Positions 8,830 through 17,209 of a DNA stretch of 32,000 nt are shown in pieces; positions within the stretch are counted from its first letter, which is position 1, and each line of letters opens with the position of its first letter. A program made the translations under genes and the position numbers. The stretch is from Pseudodesulfovibrio mercurii (GTDB taxonomy: Bacteria; Desulfobacterota; Desulfovibrionia; Desulfovibrionales; Desulfovibrionaceae): positions 570,001 through 602,000 of the forward strand of contig NC_016803.1 of the NCBI RefSeq assembly GCF_000189295.2. Direction: 5' to 3'. The notes under the pieces are model-generated. The model was not told the origin of the DNA, ran no database searches, and worked only from the letters and a program-made list of their open reading frames with translations.

Positions 8830-9126
8830 CCCATTCCGGGCTGTTTTCACCCGTTTTCGCCGAAACGCCCGCCGTGGCGTCTCCCTTCCGTGCCTGCGGC
8901 TGTTTTTCCCGCCATTGCCGGTCGTAACTGGTAGTTTTTTAGGCCATTTTACCCCCACTTATCCTCATTGACTCTTTTCATATTTGGGTGTGTTTTACAA
9001 ATATGGTTTATTCAAACAATTCATCAATTTTGTTCATGTCTATTTTTAACGAAATTGAAAAACGATGCCAGGCATCACGGTTTGAATAGGGCCATAATCA
9101 TCAAATCGAGAGAGAGGAGGAAAAAC

Positions 9127-10284
9127 ATGAAACGGCTGCTGACCGTCAGTCTGCTGGCGGCGATGTTCCTGATGTTCGGACTTTCCGGCCTGGCCCTGGC
9201 GGAGAAGATGGAAAAGATCGGCCCCCTGGAGGACACGCTCGATATCGTGGCCTGGGCGGGCTACATCGAGCGCGGCGAGACCGACCCGGCATACGACTGG
9301 GTCACCGAATTCGAGAAGCAGTACAACTGCAAGGTGCGGGTCAAGGTCGCCGGGACCTCCGACGAGATGGTCGCCCTGATGAACGAGGGCGGCTTCGACC
9401 TGGTCACGGCCTCGGGCGACGCCAGCCTGCGCCTTATCGCGGGCAAGCGGGTCCAGGAGATCAACACGGCTCTGATCCCCAGCTGGAGCAAGGTGGACAA
9501 GCGCCTCCAGGACGCGCCCTGGCACACGGTGGACGGCAAGCACTACGGCGTGCCCTACCTGTGGGGCTCCAACGTGCTCATGTACAACACCAAGGTCTTC
9601 CCCACCCCGCCCACCAGCTGGGACGTGGTCTTCCGCGAGCAGACCCTGCCCGACGGCAAGTCCAACAAGGGCCGCGTCCAGGCCTTCGACGGCCCCATCT
9701 ACATCGCGGACGCCGCCCTGTACCTGAAGAAGCTCAAGCCCGAACTGGGCATCGACGACCCCTACGAACTGTCCGAGGAGCAGTACCAGGCCTGCCTGGA
9801 GGTGCTCCGCGCCCAGCGCAAGATCGTCAACCGCTACTGGCATGACGCGTTCATCCAGATCGACGACTTCACCAACGAGGGAGTGGTCGCCTCGTCCTCC
9901 TGGCCCTTCCAGGTGAACATTCTGGTCTCCAAGGGCGAGCCCGTGGCCAGCGTCATCCCCGCTGAAGGGGCCACCGGCTGGGCGGACACGACCATGCTGC
10001 ACGTCAACGCCCCGCACCCCAACCTGGCCTACAAGTGGCTGGAATGGTCCCTGAACAAGAAGCTCCAGGGCGACGTGGCCGCCTGGTTCGGCGGCGTGCC
10101 CGTCAACCTCGAGGCCTGCACCGGCAACGCCCTGCTCGGCGACGACGGCTGCAAGACCAACGGCCTGGACGACTTCGAGCGGATCAGCTTCTGGCGTACC
10201 CCGGTGTCCAAGGGACCCAAAGGCCCCTGCGTGCCCTACTACCGCTGGGTGACCGACTACATCGCCATCCTGGGCGGCCGGTAG
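9127..10284 (+). CDS. ABC transporter periplasmic substrate-binding protein (PotD/PotF-like, family 1)
   Basis: AGGAGGA precedes ATG 9127. The signal peptide is MKRLLTVSLLAAMFLMFGLSGLALA. The body resembles polyamine-type binding proteins (VAWAGYIE.., VPYLWGSNVLMYN). It is the first gene of a four-gene ABC operon. Confidence 0.8.
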   Translation: MKRLLTVSLLAAMFLMFGLSGLALAEKMEKIGPLEDTLDIVAWAGYIERGETDPAYDWVTEFEKQYNCKVRVKVAGTSDEMVALMNEGGFDLVTASGDASLRLIAGKRVQEINTALIPSWSKVDKRLQDAPWHTVDGKHYGVPYLWGSNVLMYNTKVFPTPPTSWDVVFREQTLPDGKSNKGRVQAFDGPIYIADAALYLKKLKPELGIDDPYELSEEQYQACLEVLRAQRKIVNRYWHDAFIQIDDFTNEGVVASSSWPFQVNILVSKGEPVASVIPAEGATGWADTTMLHVNAPHPNLAYKWLEWSLNKKLQGDVAAWFGGVPVNLEACTGNALLGDDGCKTNGLDDFERISFWRTPVSKGPKGPCVPYYRWVTDYIAILGGR

Positions 10285-10370
10285 GCCGGTTCCCGCATCC
10301 TGAACGAAACCTCCGCGGGGCGGCCGAACCAGGGCCGCCCCGCCCCTGAAACCTCAAGACAAGACGCACC

Positions 10371-11417
10371 ATGAGCACTGCAATCGGATTTCTGGATGTC
10401 AGCCGTCACTACGGCGAGGTCAAAGCCCTGGACCACGTCTCCTTCGGCGTGGAGGAGGGCGAATTCTTTTCCATGCTCGGCCCCTCGGGTTCGGGCAAGA
10501 CCACGAGTCTGCGGCTCATCGCCGGGTTCGAAACCACCACCTCGGGCCGGGTGTTCATCGACGGCCAGGAGGCCCAGGAGATCCCGCCCTACAACCGCAA
10601 CGTGAACACGGTCTTCCAGGACTACGCCCTGTTCCCGCACATGACCATTCTCGAAAACGTGGCCTACGGGCTGATGGTCAAGGGCATGCCCAGGAAGGAA
10701 TACCGGCGCAAGGCCGAGGCCATGCTCGAACTGGTCAAGCTCCGCGACGTGGGCAGGCGCAAGCCCGCCCAGCTGTCCGGCGGCCAGCGCCAGCGCATCG
10801 CCCTGGCCCGCGCCCTGGTCAACCAGCCGCGCGTCCTGCTTCTGGACGAACCGCTCGGCGCCCTCGACCTCAAGCTGCGCAAGCAGATGCAGCTGGAACT
10901 CAAGTCCCTCCAGCGCCAGCTCGGCATCACCTTCGTCTACGTGACCCACGACCAGGACGAGGCCCTATCCATGAGCGACCGCGTGGCCGTGTTCCACAAC
11001 GGGCGCATCGAGCAGATCGGCACGCCCGAGGCCATCTACGAACGCCCGGAATCGCCATTCGTGGCCGACTTCGTGGGCGACGCCAACGTCCTGGCCCCGG
11101 AACACGCCCGCGACTTCTGCCCGGACGGGTGTACCTGCTCCATCCGGCCCGAGCGCATCGTCTTCGTCGACGGGGCCCTGGCCCCGGACGCCTACTGGAA
11201 GGCCGAGGGCACGGTGCTCGACGTCAACTACCACGGAGCCAACGTCCAGTACGCCATGCAGCTGGCAAACGGCGCACCCGTCACGGTCTCCGTGGCCACG
11301 GGCGGGGTCTGCGCCGCGCCCGCCGTGGAACCGGGCACGGTTCGCGAGATCGCCTGGCTCAAGTCCGACATGCGGGTCTTCGGTGCCGGGAGGGGTGCCG
11401 GAGGGGGTGCCGCGTGA
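10371..11417 (+). CDS. ABC transporter ATP-binding protein (PotA-like, with a C-terminal TOBE-like region)
   Basis: Walker A GPSGSGKTT, Q-loop, signature LSGGQRQR, Walker B LLLDEP and the H-loop VTHDQ are all present. Confidence 0.9.
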   Translation: MSTAIGFLDVSRHYGEVKALDHVSFGVEEGEFFSMLGPSGSGKTTSLRLIAGFETTTSGRVFIDGQEAQEIPPYNRNVNTVFQDYALFPHMTILENVAYGLMVKGMPRKEYRRKAEAMLELVKLRDVGRRKPAQLSGGQRQRIALARALVNQPRVLLLDEPLGALDLKLRKQMQLELKSLQRQLGITFVYVTHDQDEALSMSDRVAVFHNGRIEQIGTPEAIYERPESPFVADFVGDANVLAPEHARDFCPDGCTCSIRPERIVFVDGALAPDAYWKAEGTVLDVNYHGANVQYAMQLANGAPVTVSVATGGVCAAPAVEPGTVREIAWLKSDMRVFGAGRGAGGGAA

Positions 11418-12355
11418 CCACCGCCGCCATGACGCGTTCCTCGTCCGGGCTGACCGGCAGGATATCCACCTTCTTCTTCCGCAGGCCCACGCTCTTCCTG
11501 CTGGCCCTGCTGACCCCGCCCCTGCTCTGGCTGGGGATCATCTACCTCGGCTCGCTCTTCTCCCTGCTCGTCCAGAGCCTGTTCTCCATCGACGAGTTCA
11601 CGGGGATGATCGTCCACAAGCCGACCTTCGACACCCTGCTCCAGCTGTTCACCCCGGCCAACCTGGACATCGTCATCCGCACGGTGGTCATGGCCTCGGT
11701 CGTGACCCTGGCCTCAAGCGCCATCGCCTTTCCCATCGCCTACTACATGGCCCGGTACGCCCGGGGCCGCCTCAAGGCCCTGCTCTACCTGGCCATCATG
11801 CTGCCGCTGTGGTCCAGCTACCTGGTGCGCGTCTACTCCTGGAAGCTCATCCTGGCCAAGGAGGGCATCCTGACCTGGATCCTGGCCAAGCTGGGGCTGA
11901 CCCCGCTGCTGAACTCGGTCCTGGCCCTGCCCGTGGTTGGCGGGTCGTCCCTTTCCGTCAGCTATATCGGGACCTTCCTGGTCTTCCTGTACATCTGGAT
12001 GCCGTACATGATCCTGCCCATTCAGGCCTCCCTGGAGCGGGTGCCGTCCTCCCTGCTCGAGGCCTCGGCCGACCTGGGCGCGCAGCCGAACCAGACCTTC
12101 CGCACGGTCATCCTGCCCCTGGCCTTTCCCGGCGTGGTGGCGGGCTCCATCTTCACCTTCTCCCTGACGCTCGGCGACTACATCATCCCCGGCATCATCG
12201 GCTCGTCCCGCTACTTCATCGGCCAGGCCGTCTACACCCACCAGGGCATCGCGGGCAACATCCCCCTGGCGGCCGCCTTTTCCATCGTGCCCATCGTGAT
12301 CATGTCCATCTACCTGACCATCGCCAAACGACTGGGGGCCTTCGATGCACTCTAA
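11414..12355 (+). CDS. ABC transporter permease (PotB-like)
   Basis: GTG 11414 overlaps the ATPase stop (GTGA); ATG 11429 is an alternative start. The protein is multi-TM with an EAA-type loop ([23 protein letters not shown]). Confidence 0.85.
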   Translation: MTTAAMTRSSSGLTGRISTFFFRRPTLFLLALLTPPLLWLGIIYLGSLFSLLVQSLFSIDEFTGMIVHKPTFDTLLQLFTPANLDIVIRTVVMASVVTLASSAIAFPIAYYMARYARGRLKALLYLAIMLPLWSSYLVRVYSWKLILAKEGILTWILAKLGLTPLLNSVLALPVVGGSSLSVSYIGTFLVFLYIWMPYMILPIQASLERVPSSLLEASADLGAQPNQTFRTVILPLAFPGVVAGSIFTFSLTLGDYIIPGIIGSSRYFIGQAVYTHQGIAGNIPLAAAFSIVPIVIMSIYLTIAKRLGAFDAL

Positions 12356-13160
12356 AGCCGACACACGGGCCACCCTGAGCCTGCGTCTGGCCACCTGGGG
12401 CGGCATGCTCTTCCTGCACCTCCCCTTCCTGTTCATCCTGCTCTACGCCTTTTCCACCGAGGAGAAGTCCTACCAGTTCCCGCCGCCGGGCCTGACCACC
12501 AAGTGGTTCGCCGTGGCCTTCGGCCGCCAGGACATCTGGGACGCCATCTCCCTGTCCCTGCGGGTGGCGAGCGTCTCGACGATCATCTCCCTGACCCTGG
12601 GCACCCTGGCCGCGGCCGCGCTGTACAAGCGCCGCTTCTTCGGCAAGGAGGCCATCTCCCTGCTGATCATCCTGCCCATCGCCCTGCCCGGCGTGATCAC
12701 CGGCATCTCCCTGCGCAGCGCCTTCCACCTGCTGCACATCCCGTTCAGCACCTGGACCATCGTCCTGGGTCACGCCACCTTCTGCATCGTGGTGGTCTAC
12801 AACAACGCCGTGGCCCGGTTCCGGCGCGTCTCCGGCTCCCAGATCGAGGCCTCCATGGATCTCGGCGCGGACGGTTTCCAGACCTTCCGCCACGTGGTCC
12901 TGCCGAACATCGCCACGGCCCTGCTGGCGGGCGGCATGCTGGCCTTCGCCCTGAGCTTCGACGAGGTCATCGTGACCACCTTCACGGCGGGCCAGGAGAC
13001 CACCCTGCCCATCTGGATGCTGACCGAGCTGATCCGCCCCCGGCAGCGCCCGGTGACCAACGTGGTGGCCATCTTCATCATGGCCATCACCTTCATCCCC
13101 ATCCTGCTCGCCTATTACTGGATCCGCGACGGCGAGGATGTGGAAGGCGGCAGCAAGTAG
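12345..13160 (+). CDS. ABC transporter permease (PotC-like)
   Basis: Overlaps the preceding permease by 11 nt. It has six TM-like segments and an EAA-type loop ([21 protein letters not shown]). Confidence 0.85.
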   Translation: MHSKADTRATLSLRLATWGGMLFLHLPFLFILLYAFSTEEKSYQFPPPGLTTKWFAVAFGRQDIWDAISLSLRVASVSTIISLTLGTLAAAALYKRRFFGKEAISLLIILPIALPGVITGISLRSAFHLLHIPFSTWTIVLGHATFCIVVVYNNAVARFRRVSGSQIEASMDLGADGFQTFRHVVLPNIATALLAGGMLAFALSFDEVIVTTFTAGQETTLPIWMLTELIRPRQRPVTNVVAIFIMAITFIPILLAYYWIRDGEDVEGGSK

Positions 13161-13226
13161 GGGCTGTGGGATCGCCCCCGATCCCGAGGTCTCCATACCG
13201 GGCATAGGTTCGTGTGGAATTGCCGT

Positions 13227-13265
13227 AAAAAAACCCCGTCCCATGGAAAATGGGACGGGGTTTTT
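13227..13265. terminator. bidirectional rho-independent terminator between convergent genes
   Basis: AAAAAAA-CCCCGTCCCA-tggaaaa-TGGGACGGGG-TTTTT is a perfect 10-bp stem with U-tracts on both strands. It lies between the + strand ABC operon and the - strand PEP-CTERM gene. Confidence 0.85.
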
Positions 13266-13346
13266 CATGCCCGGAGTATGGACGCGACGGGGCATGCGCG
13301 GTTTTCTGCGCAGCCCCTTCGCAAGGGAGGTCCCGTCGTTGCCGGT

Positions 13347-14015
13347 TTACCTGCGGCGCGCCCGGGCTCGGGCGACCCCCAGGGCGCTCAACAGCCCCAG
13401 GCCAAAGAGAATGATGGTCGAGGGTTCGGGAACCGGCGTCGTTTCGATGGTCAGGGCGCCTGAATAATAGATTGTCTCCGGGCTTTGGGTGTCCATCTGG
13501 GCAAGATAGAACGGCACGAGCGGTATCAGCTCGGAAAGATCCAGGATGATGTTCGCGATCTGGTTTTCGGCCAGGGAGAAGGTCCAGCCCAGGGCAAAGG
13601 AGACGTCGTCGTCATTCCCCCAAGGCAGGGCATTGGTGTTGTCGAGGGCGCCGGCCAGCACGTGGGTGTAGATGTCCCCGAACAGGAAGCCCGGCTCATC
13701 GATTTCCCACATCATGCCGGGAGCGGGGACACCGACCGCCGCGCCGTATTCGTTGAAGAAGGTGTTCAGCGGCTCGTCGATCTCATAATCGAAAAAGGCG
13801 ATGAACGTGTGGCTTCCCGCTTCGCTGGTGGACCAGCTCAGCTCACCCAAGCCGTCGGTCAGGCTGCCGCTTACCGGCATGTCGCCGGAAGTGGTAATGA
13901 CGCCGTCGATGTTGAATGCCCAGTCGTACAGGGTGATGGACGGATTGGCGAAGGCTTCGGAGGTGACGAGGCAGAAACACAAAACGACCAGCCAAAGGAA
14001 TCTACGGATGTTCAT
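13347..14015 (-). CDS. PEP-CTERM sorting-signal protein (secreted, function unknown)
   Basis: The C-terminus ..TPVPEPSTIILFGLGLLSALGVARARARRR has the VPEP motif, a TM helix and an Arg cluster. The N-terminal signal peptide is MNIRRFLWLVVLCFCLVTSEAFA. Start ATG 14015 is preceded by AAAGGAA. G+C is visibly lower than in neighbouring genes. Confidence 0.85.
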   Translation of the reverse strand: MNIRRFLWLVVLCFCLVTSEAFANPSITLYDWAFNIDGVITTSGDMPVSGSLTDGLGELSWSTSEAGSHTFIAFFDYEIDEPLNTFFNEYGAAVGVPAPGMMWEIDEPGFLFGDIYTHVLAGALDNTNALPWGNDDDVSFALGWTFSLAENQIANIILDLSELIPLVPFYLAQMDTQSPETIYYSGALTIETTPVPEPSTIILFGLGLLSALGVARARARRR

Positions 14016-14055
14016 GTTACGGTTCCTTTTGTTGAGTTCGTGTGTATTGTTTCCC

Positions 14056-14071
14056 AGCAATAAACATTCCT
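14056..14071 (-). promoter_or_regulatory. sigma-54 (-24/-12) promoter candidate for the PEP-CTERM gene
   Basis: The minus strand reads AGGAATG-TTTA-TTGCT against the consensus TGGCACG-N4-TTGCW. The invariant GG and GC have exact spacing, and 9 of 12 defined positions match. The predicted TSS is about 30 nt upstream of ATG 14015. Confidence 0.45.
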
Positions 14072-14118
14072 TAATATAACGTGCTGAAATCCGGGGGCGG
14101 TATCGTCACATTCCCGCC

Positions 14119-14154
14119 CGATTTGTCAATTTTGTCGACGGACGTGTCAAATCG
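14119..14154. promoter_or_regulatory. inverted repeat CGATTTGTCA-N16-TGTCAAATCG, a possible enhancer-binding-protein UAS
   Basis: The 10-bp arms match at 9 of 10 positions and are centred about 90 bp upstream of the predicted sigma-54 TSS. The region contains three TGTCRA repeats and a central GTCGAC. Confidence 0.35.
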
Positions 14155-14266
14155 ACCGACAGGATTCCCTGCCGATGTGCCCCGTTTCCGCCCCGCCGCC
14201 CTTTTTTCCCCATGCGGGATTTGGGCTGCGGCCGAGGCGACCGGGGCCGGACAACGCAAAAGGCCC

Positions 14267-14300
14267 GCCAGCACAACGCTGACGGGCCCGACTTTGCGCA
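14267..14300 (-). terminator. rho-independent terminator downstream of ppaC
   Basis: The minus strand reads GGGCCCGTCAGC-gttgt-GCTGGCGGGCC followed by TTTT. Confidence 0.65.
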
Positions 14301-14320
14301 CTGTCAGTAGTATGGAACTA

Positions 14321-15241
14321 CTAGGCTTCGAAGGCCTTGATGAAGTTGGGGGCGACCTGCTTCTTGCGGCTCATGACGCCTTCCAGCCAGACCGGCTCGC
14401 CCTTGGTGGCGATGCCGAAGGCCTTCTCGACCACGGACGGATCGTCGGAGGCGATGAGCATCTCGGAGCCTTCCTTCATGATGTCGGTCAGGAGCAGGAA
14501 GACGGAGTGGCGGCCTTCGGCCTTGACCTTCTCGATCTCGGCCTGCAGGGCGGCCTTGTGGGCATCCAGCATGGACAGGTCCACGACTTCCAGCTGGCCG
14601 ATGCCGACCTTGTTGCCGGACATGTCGAAGTCCTTGTAGTCGCGGAAGACCAGCTCGCTGGCGGCGGCGCCGTCAACGGCGGACTTGACCTTGAACATCT
14701 CCATGCCCAGGGCCATGACGTCGGACACACCGGCGATCTTGGCCAGGGCTTCGACGGCGGCCTTGTCGGCGTCGGTGCAGGTGACGGACTTGAACATGAC
14801 GGTGTCGCTCAGGATGGCGCACAGCATGATGCCGGCGATGTTGGCCGGAATCTCGACGTTGTAGAAGTCGTACATGGACTTCAGCACGGTGGCGGAACAG
14901 CCCACGGGCCAGACCCACATTTCCAGCGGACCGGCGGTGGTGATGTCACCCAGCTTGTGGTGATCGACGACGGCAAGGAGCTCACCCTTGTCCAGGTTGT
15001 CGATGGTCTGGGAGATGTCGGTGTGGTCCACCAGGATGATCTTCTGATCGGTGGCGTCGGTGACGATCTCGGGAGCGGCGAAGCCGAACTTGCCGAGCAC
15101 GAAGGCGGTCTCCGGAGCGATCTCGCCCTGGGTCACGGCCTTGGCTTCCATGCCACGTTTGCTGTACAGATCGGCGGCACCGATCGCGGAAGCGACGGTG
15201 TCGGTGTCAGGGTTCTTGTGTCCAACAACCAAAATAGCCAT
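14321..15241 (-). CDS. ppaC: manganese-dependent inorganic pyrophosphatase (family II, DHH-DHHA2)
   Basis: MAILVVGHKNPDTDTVASAIG.. LVDHTD.. VVDHHKLG.. are DHH motifs, followed by a DHHA2 C-terminal half. AGGAGG lies 7 nt upstream of the ATG. Confidence 0.93.
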   Translation of the reverse strand: MAILVVGHKNPDTDTVASAIGAADLYSKRGMEAKAVTQGEIAPETAFVLGKFGFAAPEIVTDATDQKIILVDHTDISQTIDNLDKGELLAVVDHHKLGDITTAGPLEMWVWPVGCSATVLKSMYDFYNVEIPANIAGIMLCAILSDTVMFKSVTCTDADKAAVEALAKIAGVSDVMALGMEMFKVKSAVDGAAASELVFRDYKDFDMSGNKVGIGQLEVVDLSMLDAHKAALQAEIEKVKAEGRHSVFLLLTDIMKEGSEMLIASDDPSVVEKAFGIATKGEPVWLEGVMSRKKQVAPNFIKAFEA

Positions 15242-15260
15242 ATCAAGTCCTCCTAATTAA

Positions 15261-15289
15261 ATTATCCCATATATGGATTTGAGCATCAA
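15261..15289 (-). promoter_or_regulatory. sigma-70 promoter candidate for ppaC (TTGATG, 17-nt spacer, GATAAT)
   Basis: The minus strand reads TTGATG-ctcaaatccatatatgg-GATAAT, about 20 nt upstream of the AGGAGG-ATG. Confidence 0.55.
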
Positions 15290-15299
15290 AAAAACAGAA

Positions 15300-15315
15300 T
15301 GTGACAGATATCACA
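15300..15315. promoter_or_regulatory. CRP/FNR-family operator (perfect TGTGA-N6-TCACA)
   Basis: TGTGAcagataTCACA, which reads TTGTGAtatctgTCACAT on the minus strand. Its edge lies 10 bp upstream of the ppaC -35 hexamer. Confidence 0.55.
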
Positions 15316-15545
15316 AACTGCCCCGCCTGCCAAGCTAAAAGCGCAGCCAAAGTAAGAAAAGCGCGAAAAGATTTGCGCCTGTCGCGGAACCGCCATAATT
15401 CCGCCTCAGCCCGCGTCTGCCAAGGCTTTTGGGAGACACGTCCGGTCGCTGATTTTGCTCGGAAAATCCTTCGGGACGAGTCGGTCCCGGCGTCAACCAT
15501 GTGAAGAGGATCGCAAACTCGTCGCGCGTGCAGGTCGGCATGCAG

Positions 15546-15578
15546 TGCGGTCCGGCACGAAAACGGCGCGGGACCGCA
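15546..15578 (-). terminator. GC-rich hairpin downstream of the PTS IIC gene (no U-tract)
   Basis: TGCGGTCC .. GGACCGCA outer stem with inner GC/CG pairs around a TTTT loop, starting 7 nt after the IIC stop. The absence of a U-tail makes terminator function uncertain. Confidence 0.4.
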
Positions 15579-15584
15579 GCGGGA

Positions 15585-16288
15585 TCAGATGCCGAAGTCG
15601 GGCAGGATCAGGAACAGGGCGACGATGACGATGCCCGTGGCCAGGATGACATATGCACGCTTCAGTCGCAGGGCCATGAGCCCGCCCAGGGAGGCGGCCA
15701 CCCAGAGATGGGCCCAGGTCACGCCCAGGTGCAGGAAGATCGGCGGATAGAAGGCGAAGAAGACGTCCAACCCCAGCTTGAGGATGAGGATGGCCGCCAG
15801 GAAGGTGATCCAGCCCATGAGCAGCCCGCGGGCCATGGAGCGCAGAATGAGCGCGCCGGGCAGGTGCTTGGACCTCGGATTGCGCGCCCAGTTGAGCAGC
15901 GCGTTGTAACTGCCCTGCTCCCGTTCGCGCAGCCACCCTTCCACCTTGGTGCCGATCCAGGCCAGGGGCATGCTGGCGAAGAGCACGAACATGATCCGGG
16001 ACGGCTGGTCCAGCCCGAACCATGTGGTCAAGGCCAGGGCCGCGAAGGTGGCCGCCGTGAGCTGCGGCGGGATGTAGGTCCCGGCCGGGATGAGGTCGAG
16101 CCAGAAGAGTTCGAAGAAGATGGCGATGTACAGGCTGGTGGTGTATTCCCCCGTGGCCGCGCCCCAGAAGAAGCCCACCACCAGGGGGCGCTCAAGCAGG
16201 CCGATGCTTACGGTCGAGCGGAACTGGGAAAAGAGGGCAAAAAAAAAGCGACCAGGGCGAACCAGGCGAGTGAATGCTGGGCGAGCAT
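15585..16288 (-). pseudogene. PTS mannose/sorbose-family EIIC component, frameshifted at a T9 homopolymer (plus-strand A9, 16239-16247)
   Basis: ATG 16288 follows the IIB stop (TAG ACC ATG) with GAGG upstream. It encodes MLAQHSLAWFALVAFF and then hits a stop 10 codons after the T-run. The frame carrying ..FFFALFSQFRSTVSIGLLERPLVVGFFWGAATGE..FFELFWLDLIPAG.. (EIIC-Man-like) is offset by one nt. A T10 run would give an intact 234-aa protein. Confidence 0.7.
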
Positions 16289-16291
16289 GGT

Positions 16292-16756
16292 CTAGAACCT
16301 CACCTGCACGGGGTCGTTGGGCACGCAGCGGAAATCGAGTTCCACGCCCTGGCGGTTCAGCTGGCGCAGGCAGGTCTCGTCCTCGTCGGACAGGGCCACG
16401 CTCGGGGAGATCTGGCGCTTGCCCGGGCTGTAGTGGACGTTGCCGATGTTCAGTACGTGGAAGCCGAACCCGGAGTCGAAGGCCCGGCGGGCGTCGGCAC
16501 AGCTGGAAAACAGGAGGATGGCCCCGCCGTCGCCGGCATTGGAACACATGCGGGCCATGGCCGAGGGGACCTCGTCCACGGTGATGAAGGAGCTCTTCAC
16601 GGCCTGGGGGATGGCCAGGGACATGATCTCCTGCTGGAGGATATCGTGGGCCAGCTCGTCGTTGGCCACGATAACGGTCTTGGCGCCGGTGTAGGGCAGC
16701 CACGTCTCGATGATCTGGCCGTGAATCAAGCGGTTGTCGATACGAACGAGAGTCAC
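16292..16756 (-). CDS. PTS mannose/sorbose-family EIIB component
   Basis: MTLVRIDNRLIHGQIIETWLPYTGAKTVIVANDE.. carries the phospho-His context RIDNRLIHGQ typical of EIIB-Man. Confidence 0.88.
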   Translation of the reverse strand: MTLVRIDNRLIHGQIIETWLPYTGAKTVIVANDELAHDILQQEIMSLAIPQAVKSSFITVDEVPSAMARMCSNAGDGGAILLFSSCADARRAFDSGFGFHVLNIGNVHYSPGKRQISPSVALSDEDETCLRQLNRQGVELDFRCVPNDPVQVRF

Positions 16757-16766
16757 GGCACCATCC

Positions 16767-17207
16767 CTACTTTTTCGTCGCTTTTTTGCGCAGCATCGCC
16801 CCGGCGACCTTGATTCCCTGCTGCCCCGCCACCATGGCCTTTTCGGCCAGGTCGGGCAACGTCAGGGAGCGGGCCTGGAGGGTGGCCACGAGCATGGGCA
16901 GGTTGACGCCGGTGATGACCTCGAGATTTTCCGATTTCATCAGGGACAGGGACATGGTCGTGGGCGAACCGCCGAACAGGTCGGTCAGGGCCATGACGCC
17001 CTTGCCCTGCTCCACGGACTGGATCGCCTTGCGCACATTTTCCAGGGCCTCGTCCACGCCCTTGTTCACGTCGATGCCCACGGCCAGGCAGTTCTCCTGG
17101 GGACCCAGGACCATCTCGGCCGCCTTGAGCAGGGTCTCGCCGAAGCTGCCGTGGGTGACCAGCACCACGCCGATCACGCCGGATTTCTTGTCAGTCTGTG
17201 CAACCAT
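16767..17207 (-). CDS. PTS mannose-family EIIA component
   Basis: From ATG 17207 the translation is MVAQTDKKSGVIGVVLVTHGSFGETLLKAAEMVLG..LTDLFGGSPT. It has the EIIA-Man THG active-site and DLxGGSP motifs. The upstream part of track ORF 16767..17612 overlaps rapZ. Confidence 0.85.
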   Translation of the reverse strand: MVAQTDKKSGVIGVVLVTHGSFGETLLKAAEMVLGPQENCLAVGIDVNKGVDEALENVRKAIQSVEQGKGVMALTDLFGGSPTTMSLSLMKSENLEVITGVNLPMLVATLQARSLTLPDLAEKAMVAGQQGIKVAGAMLRKKATKK

Positions 17208-17209
17208 GT

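Noticed and set aside
8968-9126. Upstream extension of the binding-protein ORF (MTLFIFGCVLQIWFIQ..)
   Set aside because: The region is AT-rich and non-coding in appearance. A strong AGGAGGA-ATG with a classical signal peptide starts at 9127.
16289-16703. N-terminal part of the 372-aa ORF 15585..16703, read as a long EIIC
   Set aside because: This portion overlaps the EIIB gene in another frame and translates to Arg/Pro/Gly-rich nonsense. The real EIIC start is ATG 16288, separated from the body by the homopolymer frameshift.
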